From Methanotrichaceae archaeon (GTDB taxonomy: Archaea > Halobacteriota > Methanosarcinia > Methanotrichales > Methanotrichaceae): a stretch of DNA of 64,000 nucleotides. This document shows, one piece after another, positions 52,755-62,567 of this stretch (positions are counted from its first letter, which is position 1; every line of letters starts with the position of its first letter). Where the stretch lies: NCBI GenBank assembly GCA_963803145.1, contig CAWDLW010000020.1, forward strand, positions 32,001 to 96,000. Reading direction: 5' to 3'. Both the position numbers and the translations under genes were made by a program. The notes under the pieces are model-generated. The model was not told where the DNA came from. It searched no databases and was given only the letters and a program-made list of their open reading frames with translations.

Positions 52755-53561
52755 TTACTCGCCAAGAGCCCTGATCAGCCAGTTGATCTTCACAGTTTCG
52801 TTTGTTCTGGTCGTGTATTGAGCCGGATCTAACTTTCCATTTACAACAAAGTAGGAGTTTCCCGTTCCGTTGTCCTGCTCTGCTCCAATGAGCATCGCGC
52901 CGCGATCATAGAACGCTATGTAGAAATCACCTGTTATCGGCAGAGCGGGTATATCTATCCCGCGAACTACGGGACCTGCTGCGGATGCGAAGTACATGTT
53001 CTGGGTATCGGCAAATTTGTAAAGCAAATCAGCATTACTATCTCTAACCTCAACGAGGAAGTTCCTGTCTGCAGGATATCTCTTTGTGGTGTTATTGAAT
53101 ATGCTCAAACCGACAATTTGGATTTTCTTTAACTTCCATCCTGGCTTGGGCGCTGTGAATTTTACTACTTCGCCTACATTCAGGCCGGCTGCTCCGAAAT
53201 CGTTAACAGCAGAGTACATAGTCATATTCATTTTTGAAAAATCCTTCCCGCTATCTTGCTTCAGTGTAGTAAGACCCTCTGTTGAGGCCATACTATTAGA
53301 TGTAGCTATATTGGGAATTTGTCCCTGTGAAGGCATTGTGGTACCTGTTGATGCCTTAGACGACTCAATTGCGCCCTGTGCGCTGAAGCTCATCGGCTCT
53401 GCATTCTGTTTCGTCCCTGAGTTCGCTTTAGCTGGGCTATCTGCTGCAAGAACGCTGAAGCAAAGGATCGAGCAGCAAATTAGCGTTATTAAGATTATCT
53501 TCTTCAATTGATCACCGCTATAGGAAATAGCTGTTGCTGATATATAGGTAATGCTGGGCAA
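52755..53561 (-). CDS. Secreted hypothetical protein (Ser/Thr linker plus beta-sandwich-like domain)
   Basis: Signal-like KKIILITLICCSILCFSVLAA (true start probably the TTG near 53507); C-terminal NWLIRA. Confidence 0.72.
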   Translation of the reverse strand: MPSITYISATAISYSGDQLKKIILITLICCSILCFSVLAADSPAKANSGTKQNAEPMSFSAQGAIESSKASTGTTMPSQGQIPNIATSNSMASTEGLTTLKQDSGKDFSKMNMTMYSAVNDFGAAGLNVGEVVKFTAPKPGWKLKKIQIVGLSIFNNTTKRYPADRNFLVEVRDSNADLLYKFADTQNMYFASAAGPVVRGIDIPALPITGDFYIAFYDRGAMLIGAEQDNGTGNSYFVVNGKLDPAQYTTRTNETVKINWLIRALGE

Positions 53562-54002
53562 ATAGTATATCAGCTACGTTTTATGGGTTTGAGAATATGG
53601 CTTATGATATAAATCCTCTAATTACAAATTTTTAACGTAATTAAGATATAGCTCATGTACATCAAAAGAAATGGATTATAGAGCTATTTCATTAGGCTAT
53701 TCTCAAAACAACATAAAGCAGAATTTTAAAATGTATCATCAATTCATAATGTTGTTCCAGAGCAATCGTACAAATTATGAGTTCAAAGTGTTGTTACAAA
53801 TTACCATTTCATAGTCAAACTAAAAATTAACAATTCTTAGCACAAATTCAAATTAATGTTTCAAATTGTTTTTACAAATTGTGAATGCATAAATTAGTTT
53901 CCACTACATTTATCTATTCTACCGTCCTCTAGGATATTAGTCAAAACGCAAGTTTGGGCAGAAACGCCCCAAATGAAAAGGAAAAAATTGGAGGATAGAA
54001 AA

Positions 54003-54746
54003 ATGAAGACAATAGCATTGCTAGTGGCATTCCTGGCCATGGTCGGATTTGCCGCAGCATGGGATACGTCAGACACATTGCAGTACCAGTTTACACACGC
54101 TATGTACCAGCAAGCTGGAGATCCAACTGAAGGTGGTTTCTTCAGTGGCGTAACATCTCAGAGCAGCTTCTCTGCAAACAATCCATACGGAACTGGTGAA
54201 GGACAGGTAGTTAACAAGCTCAACTATGCAACAACTAGCCAGTCGTATACTTATCCTTATGGCACATTGGATCAGCCAAGCCAGACATTAACGCTCACTC
54301 AAGGAGGCTCAGCCACTCTAGCGACACATGCCCTTGATTCACAGGATAGTACACCTGAGGTAATAGCAGGCTTAAGCAAGTATCAGGATCTGCACTTCAG
54401 CGGCGTGTATAGTGATGTCCAGGCGAACTTCGCAGATGAGGGCAATGTTGGCCTCGCATGCAACCCGATCCGTGTGAATGAAAACGCCTACCAGACACAA
54501 AATGGTGAGGTTTACGCACCCGGCGCCACGTTCACAGAAGCTGATGTTGGAGTCGCATCCACAAGCGGACTCACATGGGATAAAGTTACTGACCAGAAGA
54601 CTCTGTCCGGCTCGAGCCAGGCATTCTCATCATTCACAGGCGGCATCGCTCCTGCTGGCACGAATATCAACACATACAGTGGAGACTTCCTGACTCAGAC
54701 CAAGTGGGATAACACCGCTCCAGTTATACCCAGCCAGTGGCCCTAG
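54003..54746 (+). CDS. Secreted S/T/G/Q-rich beta protein (candidate major surface or filament subunit)
   Basis: GGAGGA SD; signal peptide MKTIALLVAFLAMVGFAAA; mature part polar, with few basic residues. Confidence 0.8.
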   Translation: MKTIALLVAFLAMVGFAAAWDTSDTLQYQFTHAMYQQAGDPTEGGFFSGVTSQSSFSANNPYGTGEGQVVNKLNYATTSQSYTYPYGTLDQPSQTLTLTQGGSATLATHALDSQDSTPEVIAGLSKYQDLHFSGVYSDVQANFADEGNVGLACNPIRVNENAYQTQNGEVYAPGATFTEADVGVASTSGLTWDKVTDQKTLSGSSQAFSSFTGGIAPAGTNINTYSGDFLTQTKWDNTAPVIPSQWP

Positions 54747-54861
54747 ATAAGATGAAATAGTCAAACAGAATTAGCCAAACAGAAATAATCTAATAGAAAA
54801 CAAAGGCTAAGGTGCTAGAAAAGATAGCGCCTTAGCCTCTTTTATTATGGAGGTAATTGCC

Positions 54862-55857
54862 ATGAGATCTGTCACAATACTGATGATTCTGCTGGGAGTT
54901 CTTTTGGTACCTGCAAATGCTTCGACAGATGTGAGATCCTTTGCGAACTCAGATTTGATTAGCGAAACAAGCAACTTCAGTTTCGTTAAAACAGAATTGG
55001 AAAGCGCGGCATCCACGTCGAATATCAACTTTGTATCTCATGGCGAATTCAATACGGAATACGCACTTGATCATGAGGGAGTTTACCGGATAAACCAAGG
55101 AATTTGGACATCGCTAAATAACTCCTGGTGGTATAACGGCCAGAACAACTTCAATAACTCCTATTCAGGATTCAATATCACCGAGGCACAGACAAGATTC
55201 TACGGCACCATGGCAACGGAGTTTTCCCCTTATCGTTATTATCCTGGGGCCATGGCGGAAACTTCTGCCTTCGCGACGTCAGACGGCCACATCGGCGATT
55301 ACAGCGCCATTTCAAAGACCATTCTGGATAGCAATATATCCAATCCAGTAATTATGAATATATCCAACCCTACCTATAACTTCAGGACTCAAGGCGAAGT
55401 TGAAACTGTGTTCAACCAGACCTGCAACGGCACTTACCATCTGAACCAGGGCATTACCACTTCGCCGGACAACTATTTTGGGCTCTATGGCAAAAGCAGC
55501 ATCTACAGCACCTTTTATAAAAACCTCGAGAACAAGAGCGGCTTTTTCAACACTCAGCACAGCACATTTACAGGCAGCCAGGTGACGAGCGCGCGGACGT
55601 TCTCCTACGGCAATATAACCGTGGGCTTTCCAAATCTAAAAAGCCCTGACCAATCAAAGGCCGAGTCTCTGGAGACAAATGCTACAAGCACATGGAGCCT
55701 CGATGAGCCGGCTGACCTCTTTAAGCAGGATATAGCCCTGGAGTTTAGAACTGCTGATGACCAGGTAGCGTATGCAGGCTTCGATGTCACAAGAGAGGTG
55801 TCGATAGGAGACATCGATTGCACTTCGGAGGAAGAGTTCGTTTATCCGGAGACTTGA
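54862..55857 (+). CDS. Secreted protein with internal duplication and many N-x-S/T sequons
   Basis: GGAGGT SD; signal peptide; repeated F.S/TxGE..T......G.Y..NQGI.TS..N...SGF....S/T.F.G unit. Confidence 0.8.
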   Translation: MRSVTILMILLGVLLVPANASTDVRSFANSDLISETSNFSFVKTELESAASTSNINFVSHGEFNTEYALDHEGVYRINQGIWTSLNNSWWYNGQNNFNNSYSGFNITEAQTRFYGTMATEFSPYRYYPGAMAETSAFATSDGHIGDYSAISKTILDSNISNPVIMNISNPTYNFRTQGEVETVFNQTCNGTYHLNQGITTSPDNYFGLYGKSSIYSTFYKNLENKSGFFNTQHSTFTGSQVTSARTFSYGNITVGFPNLKSPDQSKAESLETNATSTWSLDEPADLFKQDIALEFRTADDQVAYAGFDVTREVSIGDIDCTSEEEFVYPET

Positions 55858-55867
55858 CCGAGGTTCC

Positions 55868-56887
55868 ATGAGGCCGCTCAGATTGCTGTTACCGTTTCTG
55901 ATAATGATATGTTTGGCAGGGGCTGTAAAGGCAGAGATAGGCCTTCAGATGGACTTCTATAATCCAGATGATAGCATTTCAGTCGGTCTCTCCGCAGAGA
56001 ATATGAAGTTTGATGCCGGGATTTCGCTCATGCCCGACTCTGTGTCATACCAGAACGGCGGCAAATCCATCGCCCAAGATAGCTATTACTCATATCAGGT
56101 GGTCCTCAACGGCGAAAAGATAACATCAGCTGCCAAAACTGATTCGGGATCACTTGGATGGAGTACAACGGCTTACTCCGGCGGTAAAGGTGTAGATCCC
56201 GATCAGCTAGCCGTTAAGCATAGCGATATGGTTCAAAATGGAACCCTATATACATGTGATACCAACAATGATTATAAGATCGAGCAGACTATGAACACAT
56301 TTAACGCCATCGGCTATCAACAAGGGACAACAATGCTGCACCTTATGTCGTCCTCAGGCATAGGTCAGACCATAGAAAACAGCCTGACGGATCAAATCAA
56401 GGGCTTTCAAGATACCATAAACGTCGAACATCTAGTGGGTGAAAAGAAACCGGCCGACATAGATCTAAATGTTAACGGCGATACGGATGCCCAGTGGCAA
56501 TATAACTTCGTATCCAATCCAACTCAATATACCTTCGGCCAGTCGGTAATAGGAATCATGAGGCATTCTGATAAAGATAATCTTACGATGAAGGGAGAGG
56601 CAGCAGGATTTCCCACCCAGGTACTGCCAATACAGGGCATCAATATCTCCTACCAGCTCAATAACGCCAATTATAGCGAGTCATTTGGAAGGCTTAATTC
56701 TGAGATAAATGAATCCATAAACCAGTCCGAAGGGATTTGTAATCTGCCAAATACGCCAAAACCGATACCTGTATATAACTTCGACCAGAACGAGTTAACA
56801 AATCCAATAAGTATCAATACTTCTGGCAAATCGACGAAAGCAGAGGTATTCTATAGGATGTCGGTCCAGTTTAAAGTAGATGTATAA
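55868..56887 (+). CDS. Secreted hypothetical beta-rich protein
   Basis: Signal peptide MRPLRLLLPFLIMICLAGAVKA; starts 10 bp after the previous stop. Confidence 0.78.
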   Translation: MRPLRLLLPFLIMICLAGAVKAEIGLQMDFYNPDDSISVGLSAENMKFDAGISLMPDSVSYQNGGKSIAQDSYYSYQVVLNGEKITSAAKTDSGSLGWSTTAYSGGKGVDPDQLAVKHSDMVQNGTLYTCDTNNDYKIEQTMNTFNAIGYQQGTTMLHLMSSSGIGQTIENSLTDQIKGFQDTINVEHLVGEKKPADIDLNVNGDTDAQWQYNFVSNPTQYTFGQSVIGIMRHSDKDNLTMKGEAAGFPTQVLPIQGINISYQLNNANYSESFGRLNSEINESINQSEGICNLPNTPKPIPVYNFDQNELTNPISINTSGKSTKAEVFYRMSVQFKVDV

Positions 56888-57071
56888 ACCATCTTTCGAT
56901 CTTTTTTTATTAATAATAATATTCGATTAAAGCTCTTGCAAAGTATCTACCAAAAGAATTATATCTGCTGTAGAAGTTTAGCTAATGCTGAGAAAGCAGA
57001 AGAAATCGTACAACGGCCAGTACCATAATTGCATATATCAGGCCGAAATAGATCCGATTAGAGGTAGCTTG

Positions 57072-57947
57072 ATGGTAGGAGGGATAAGATACTTAGCGTT
57101 GGTTATGCTTTTGTGTATGCTTATGCCGCCATCAGCTTCGCGAATGGGCTACGATATTATTGCAACCATCCCAGGATCAGCCATAGAGATACATCGTACC
57201 ACAGATTACATTAACTTCTCAATGGATGGCTCCGTAAAGGGAACAGGCAATTTCTCAAAGCTGGCCCATATAACGAAATATGCAGGAATCGAGACGAAGG
57301 AGCTGTCTGCGTCTCCAAAAGAGAGCGACCTTGAGTATGACGAGCGCTTTCAACTGTTGAGCAGGTACGGACCTGTTTATGCAACCATCGATCTTCAGAG
57401 CATCAACCTCACGAATGGGACAGTAGGTCCCATTTTCATAAATGGAGCAGCCGATGTAGTAGTTGATGAAGCGTGGCCTACATATATATCAGATTATAAG
57501 AAGATCTCATATCTTGGGCCTGGGTTGACAAGTATAGAAAAGTATGATAATAATGGAGATACCATCTCTAAATATCTTGACTCTTGGAAGCTTTCTAAGG
57601 AAAGCCTTTATCAAACATTTATCAACAGATCCATAATATCAATTAATATATCATCAACTGGTATAAAAGCCGAAAGATTCACAAACAGATCAACCTTATA
57701 TCAGCTTAGCCAGAGTTCTATTGGGGCAGCCGCGCGTCTCGACGCATCCCAGAGATCTTTGAATGGTAATATTGCTCGAGTCTCGCAGGACTATATAGGC
57801 AGCCATGAGATGGACCTGAGGTTAGGAATGTCCGATATTATAAAGAAAAATATTTCAGATGATAACTGGCTCGATTGCTGCTCCGACTACTCCGACTACT
57901 CCGATTATTTGAACACAGATACAGTTTCAAAGCTGTTTGATACATAG
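57072..57947 (+). CDS. Secreted hypothetical protein with C-terminal WLDCC motif
   Basis: Signal peptide from ATG 57072; 9-bp tandem repeat giving SDY x3 near 57881-57908. Confidence 0.75.
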   Translation: MVGGIRYLALVMLLCMLMPPSASRMGYDIIATIPGSAIEIHRTTDYINFSMDGSVKGTGNFSKLAHITKYAGIETKELSASPKESDLEYDERFQLLSRYGPVYATIDLQSINLTNGTVGPIFINGAADVVVDEAWPTYISDYKKISYLGPGLTSIEKYDNNGDTISKYLDSWKLSKESLYQTFINRSIISINISSTGIKAERFTNRSTLYQLSQSSIGAAARLDASQRSLNGNIARVSQDYIGSHEMDLRLGMSDIIKKNISDDNWLDCCSDYSDYSDYLNTDTVSKLFDT

Positions 57948-58133
57948 CATATTAACGAATCTCCCGTCTTAGTCATTTTATCCATAATTTTCATCATAAT
58001 AGGATAACCAAGATAGAGTTAAGGAATTTCCAAAAATAACAGGAAAGCTTATGACCTATTCTGCGGTACTCTTTTATCCAATAGAATTTAGAGCCAGCCA
58101 GAGTTCAGCCGAAAGGAACTATGGAGAAGAGCG

Positions 58134-59093
58134 ATGACACAGGATCTTAAGGCTATTTACAGCGATGCGCCTGGCATATTCCAAGGGCTCAGGCGCGAGA
58201 TTGATAAGGTAATGGTAGGCCAAGGTGCGGCCATTGAGCAGCTTCTTGTCTCCATTCTGGCAGGAGGCCATGCCCTTCTTGAGAGCAACCCGGGGCTTGC
58301 AAAGACGCTTCTTATAAAGACTACAGCCTTGACAATGGGCCTGAGCTTCAGCAGGATTCAATGCACTCCAGATCTAATGCCAGCGGACATCACAGGTACA
58401 ACTATTATTGAAGAGACCACCTCGGGAAGTAAAGAGTTCAGGTTCACGCCTGGACCTGTGTTCGCAAACATCGTCCTTGCAGATGAGATCAACAGGGCAT
58501 CACCCAAGACGCAAAGCGCGCTTCTCGAGGCGATGCAAGAGAAGCAGGTGACTGTCGGCAATCATACTTATCACCTAGATCAGCCGTTCTTCATCCTTGC
58601 GACACAAAACCCAATAGAGATGGAGGGAACATTTCCACTGCCTGAGGCTCAGCTTGATAGATTCCTGCTCAAGATCCTCTTAGGTTACCCCTCATTCGAG
58701 GAGGAGATAGGGATCTTAGATAGGTATACGGGAAATATTGAGCCGACAGTAAACCAAGTGGTATCAAAAGAGGAGCTTCTGGTTCTGCAGCAGCTTTGCC
58801 GTGATATACCTATTTCGGATGAGCTGAAGCAAAATGTGGTAAAGATCGTTCTTTCAACAAGGAGCTGGGAGGGCGTACAGTATGGGGCGAGTCCAAGGGC
58901 ATCTATAGGCCTGATACTGTCTTCAAAGGCCAGGGCGTTTCTCCAGGGGAAAAACTATGTTTCAAAGGATGACTTGCATGCTATGGCCTATCCGGTGCTC
59001 AGGCACAGGATAATTCTTAACTTTGAAGCCGAGCGAAAGGGCTTGACACGCGACCAGGTTGTGACTGATATTCTGAAGAGCCTCAATATCTGA
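58134..59093 (+). CDS. moxR: MoxR family AAA+ ATPase
   Basis: GHALLES.PGLAKT, RIQCTPDLMPADITG, LADEINRASPKTQSALLEAM, ATQNPIE.EGTFPLPEAQLDRF and GASPR. Confidence 0.96.
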   Translation: MTQDLKAIYSDAPGIFQGLRREIDKVMVGQGAAIEQLLVSILAGGHALLESNPGLAKTLLIKTTALTMGLSFSRIQCTPDLMPADITGTTIIEETTSGSKEFRFTPGPVFANIVLADEINRASPKTQSALLEAMQEKQVTVGNHTYHLDQPFFILATQNPIEMEGTFPLPEAQLDRFLLKILLGYPSFEEEIGILDRYTGNIEPTVNQVVSKEELLVLQQLCRDIPISDELKQNVVKIVLSTRSWEGVQYGASPRASIGLILSSKARAFLQGKNYVSKDDLHAMAYPVLRHRIILNFEAERKGLTRDQVVTDILKSLNI

Positions 59094-59124
59094 TCGATTC
59101 TCGAGTGGTAACTAACAGGTAAAT

Positions 59125-59982
59125 ATGGATACAGATTTCTTTCGCGAGCTGGATAGGTTCGCCTTGCTTGTGAAGAAACGAGTCTCAACGGCTTATACAG
59201 GAGGAAGGAAATCGCTGCGGTTCGGACACGGAATAAGCCCTGTCGGCTACAGGGAGTACCGCAAGGGGGATGACTTCAAGCTCGTGGACTGGAAGGTTTA
59301 CGGCAGAACTGAGAAGCTCTATATTCGCGAGCATGAGGAAGAGCGATCGCTTGTAGTTAACATACTTCTGGATGCGAGCGGCAGCATGGGCTATGATGGA
59401 AAGTTCGGCTACGCTTCTCGCATCGCGGCTGGATTCGCTTATCTTGCGACTTTGGAGAACGAGAAATATGCAATATCGCTCTTTTGTAAAAAGCTCTATC
59501 CGGGCGAGCCAAGACGAGGCAGAAGGTATCTATTTCAAGCGATAGAGGATCTGGATGAAACTGCGCCCAAGGGGGAAACTGATATGAAACTAGTTTCAGA
59601 GCAGTTTGATGCCATGATAACTTCTACTAGCCTAGTCGTGATAATATCCGATTTCCTGGGTAACACTGAGGAGATACTTTCCAGCATTTACAGGCTCTCA
59701 AAGCACGATCTAGTTCTGATACAGGTGCTGGCTCCTGATGAGTTACAGTTGAATTTTGGCGGGGATATCAGATTCGTTGACATGGAAACAAAACAGCCCT
59801 TGATAACGCGCGTGACGCAGGCAACTAAAAATGAGTATAAGAGAAAGCTGGATGAGCACAACTCCCGGATAGCTGCAGCCTGCAACAATGTAGGTGCGGA
59901 CTTCTTCAGCTTTAGGACAGATAAGCCGATATTCGATGCCTTCTCAGAAATGGTTTCTAAGGCGATCATCTGGAGAATATGA
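59125..59982 (+). CDS. DUF58 / vWA-like protein
   Basis: YREY..GDD...VDWK.Y.RT.KLYIRE, LLDASGSM and VIISDF motifs. Confidence 0.93.
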   Translation: MDTDFFRELDRFALLVKKRVSTAYTGGRKSLRFGHGISPVGYREYRKGDDFKLVDWKVYGRTEKLYIREHEEERSLVVNILLDASGSMGYDGKFGYASRIAAGFAYLATLENEKYAISLFCKKLYPGEPRRGRRYLFQAIEDLDETAPKGETDMKLVSEQFDAMITSTSLVVIISDFLGNTEEILSSIYRLSKHDLVLIQVLAPDELQLNFGGDIRFVDMETKQPLITRVTQATKNEYKRKLDEHNSRIAAACNNVGADFFSFRTDKPIFDAFSEMVSKAIIWRI

Positions 59983-61181
59983 AGCTTGGATATGGCCATG
60001 GATATCTGGAGCTTGAGACTCTTGGGGAGGTTGTGCTTCCGGAGGAGCTGCCTGCTGCAGGCGATGGTGAAATTGAGAGAGCTCTCACTGAATCCATTGG
60101 TAAACACTTGGCGGATCTCAGCGGAAGATCGGCCTCCATTCTTGTCAGCGATATAACGCGCCCGGCGCCGAGCTATCTTATGCTTCCGCCTCTTCAGACG
60201 AGTCTAAAGCATATGGGCATTTCCGAGCTGAAAGTCATCTTCGCATTGGGAACTCATAGACGGATGGACCCCAGTGAAGAGAATGCGCTTCTGAAGGATT
60301 GCATAGGGGTGCCTCATATGCAGCATGACCCCAAAAGATGCATACCTATTGGCAAAACTTCGAGAGGCACTCCTGTTGAGATACTAGAGGATGTCGTCTC
60401 ATCTGATTTGATAATCGCCACTGGAAATATCGAGTATCACTATTATGCAGGCTACAGCGGCGGCGCAAAGGCGATGCTGCCTGGTGTAAGCTCCATGGCG
60501 TCCGTCGTGAGAAATCATGAGCTCATGAGGGACCCACGAGCCGTCTCAGGACGCCTTGATAGTCCTGTGAGACGGGATATGGAAGAGGCAGCAGCTATTG
60601 GCAGACTGGATTTTATCTTAAATGTGGTTTTGAACGGCAGAAAGGAGATAGTACGCGCTGTTGCAGGCGACTTTATTCAGGCTCATCGAGCTGGTGCTCA
60701 AGTAGTTGACCAAATGTACCGAAAAAACGTTGAACCGGCTGAGATCGTCATAACCTGCACGGGAGGAATGCCCAAGGATATCAACCTCTTCCAGGCTCAA
60801 AAGGCGCTGGATAATGCTAAGGCTGCGGCAGTTCCTGGCGGAACGATAATTCTTGTTGCAGAATGCAGCGAGGGATTAGGCAACCCAGTCTTTGAGCGGT
60901 GGGTTAACGAGGCTAAGTGTGCCGAAGATTGCATTGAGCGTTTTGGCCGAGAATATGAGTTCGGCGGACATAAGGCTGCATTCTTAGCAAAGGAATCTCT
61001 GAATCACGATTTGATTTTAGTATCCTCAATTCCGTCCGCAAAGGTGAGAAAATGCTTCTTTACGCCTGCGAAAACTTTGAATGAAGCGATTTCCATGGCG
61101 CAAGAGCGACAAGGCAAGGATGCACGTATGATTGTGATGCCCCATGGAAATCTGACGCTGGCTGCTGCGAAGAAGCGATGA
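59979..61181 (+). CDS. larA: Nickel-pincer-dependent lactate racemase family protein
   Basis: SDITRP, ALGTHR, G.TSRGTP, HYYAGYSGGAK, DINLFQAQK and C.EGLG motifs; ATGA overlap with DUF58. Confidence 0.9.
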   Translation: MKLGYGHGYLELETLGEVVLPEELPAAGDGEIERALTESIGKHLADLSGRSASILVSDITRPAPSYLMLPPLQTSLKHMGISELKVIFALGTHRRMDPSEENALLKDCIGVPHMQHDPKRCIPIGKTSRGTPVEILEDVVSSDLIIATGNIEYHYYAGYSGGAKAMLPGVSSMASVVRNHELMRDPRAVSGRLDSPVRRDMEEAAAIGRLDFILNVVLNGRKEIVRAVAGDFIQAHRAGAQVVDQMYRKNVEPAEIVITCTGGMPKDINLFQAQKALDNAKAAAVPGGTIILVAECSEGLGNPVFERWVNEAKCAEDCIERFGREYEFGGHKAAFLAKESLNHDLILVSSIPSAKVRKCFFTPAKTLNEAISMAQERQGKDARMIVMPHGNLTLAAAKKR

Positions 61182-61489
61182 GTATAAGTCTCAAATCCGG
61201 TTAAACGTTCCCTGTTCCCTAGTTTATGCTTCTTCCTGTCTTAGGGCATCCTCGGGCTTATGCTCTTTTGGCATCTCTTGCGCACGGATTATCGAACTGT
61301 GCATTCTCTGCGCACATAAGCACTTCTTCAGCGAGTGCTAGTTCAATACGTGCCTTCAAGAGTGCCTGATATGCATCTCTTATCTCAGCTTCAGTAACAT
61401 CTCAAATTTATTATATTATATCGTTGATTCCGTATAATCTTTGGTAAAGGCAGCAACCCATGTATACTCCTTTAATTTATTTGAGATTT

Positions 61490-62377
61490 TTATCCTGAGG
61501 AAACAGAGCTTACAGATTGCATGCCGCTTGATCCTCCACTTGAATCCATACTCATCGAGGTGCTGGAGCTAACGTCTCCACTGTATCCCTGGCCCACGCT
61601 GGCTGACCCTGAACCTAAATTAGCAACTGAGCTTGCAGCAGCAGCATCACTAGCTGTACCTGCTCGAAGTGGAGTTTCAGTTCCAGCTCCTTGAGATTGG
61701 GAAGAATCTGGGGCTGCAGTATCTGATGTAGTATCAGATGCAGTTGAGGAAATCCCAGCAGGGGCCGTACCTGTGACATCACCCGACCATGTATCTCCGT
61801 TCGCTGAGTAGGCGGTGTAAGAACCAGCAGTATTCGAATCGAGTGAGAGATCGAGCTTGTAAAGATCCAGACTATTGATCGGCATCACAGTAAGCATTAT
61901 TTTGCCGCCCGAAAGAGAACCGCTGGCTGTAACCCTTTGAGTGCCATTTCCTCCGGTCATTGCCCCATAACCCATAACAGTATCCTTATTTTGTGTTAAG
62001 CTCAGGTCAATATGTCTTGTAAGTTCGCCCGATAGGTCTAAGGACCAAGCACCGGAAATGTTCGCGTTCTCTGCGTCAGCCGTATTTGTCGTCAGCGTAT
62101 TTGTTGTCGGCATTACATCCATCTCTGCGCCAGCAGGAGGCGTGCCCAAATAGGTAGTTGAAGGTCCGCTGGCAGAACTATATTCGGGATTGTTCCCAGT
62201 TATTATTCCGGCCTCCTTAGCCTGCTGCTCAAGCTCCAGATCCATGCCTGTGGACATAGTCTCGCCAACGAAGTTGGGACTTAGGGGATCACCCGCTCCC
62301 CCCCAGTCTTGAGCATGCACTTGGACTATTATATAGGCAATAGCCGTTATAATCAATGGCAATTTGTCGTACATCAT
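61490..62377 (-). CDS. Secreted hypothetical protein with Ser-rich tail
   Basis: Signal peptide; ISGAWSLDL...IDLSLTQ...VMGYG...VTASGSLSG domain shared with 21090-21608. Confidence 0.78.
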   Translation of the reverse strand: MMYDKLPLIITAIAYIIVQVHAQDWGGAGDPLSPNFVGETMSTGMDLELEQQAKEAGIITGNNPEYSSASGPSTTYLGTPPAGAEMDVMPTTNTLTTNTADAENANISGAWSLDLSGELTRHIDLSLTQNKDTVMGYGAMTGGNGTQRVTASGSLSGGKIMLTVMPINSLDLYKLDLSLDSNTAGSYTAYSANGDTWSGDVTGTAPAGISSTASDTTSDTAAPDSSQSQGAGTETPLRAGTASDAAAASSVANLGSGSASVGQGYSGDVSSSTSMSMDSSGGSSGMQSVSSVSSG

Positions 62378-62567
62378 GCCAGCTATTGGTTATGTCCCAT
62401 TTATTGTTTTCGGATAATTGATTTCAGATGATATATAATAGCAACACTGTGCATCTGCTGCATTATCACTGGCTAGCGACACATCAGTTTCTAATTTGAA
62501 GCTACATTTTTGGGGAAGCTTTAATTTCTTGATATGGTAAGTAAGACGTTATCGAATCAAGGTTCAC

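Noticed and set aside
57881-57908. 9-bp tandem repeat (SDY x3) as a contingency locus
   Set aside because: In-frame, only three units and near the C-terminus; no evidence of phase variation.
61258-61402. Helical-looking minus-strand reading frame (DVTEAEIRDAYQALLKARIELALAEE...)
   Set aside because: No in-frame start codon or recognisable family; possibly a remnant, but unsupported.
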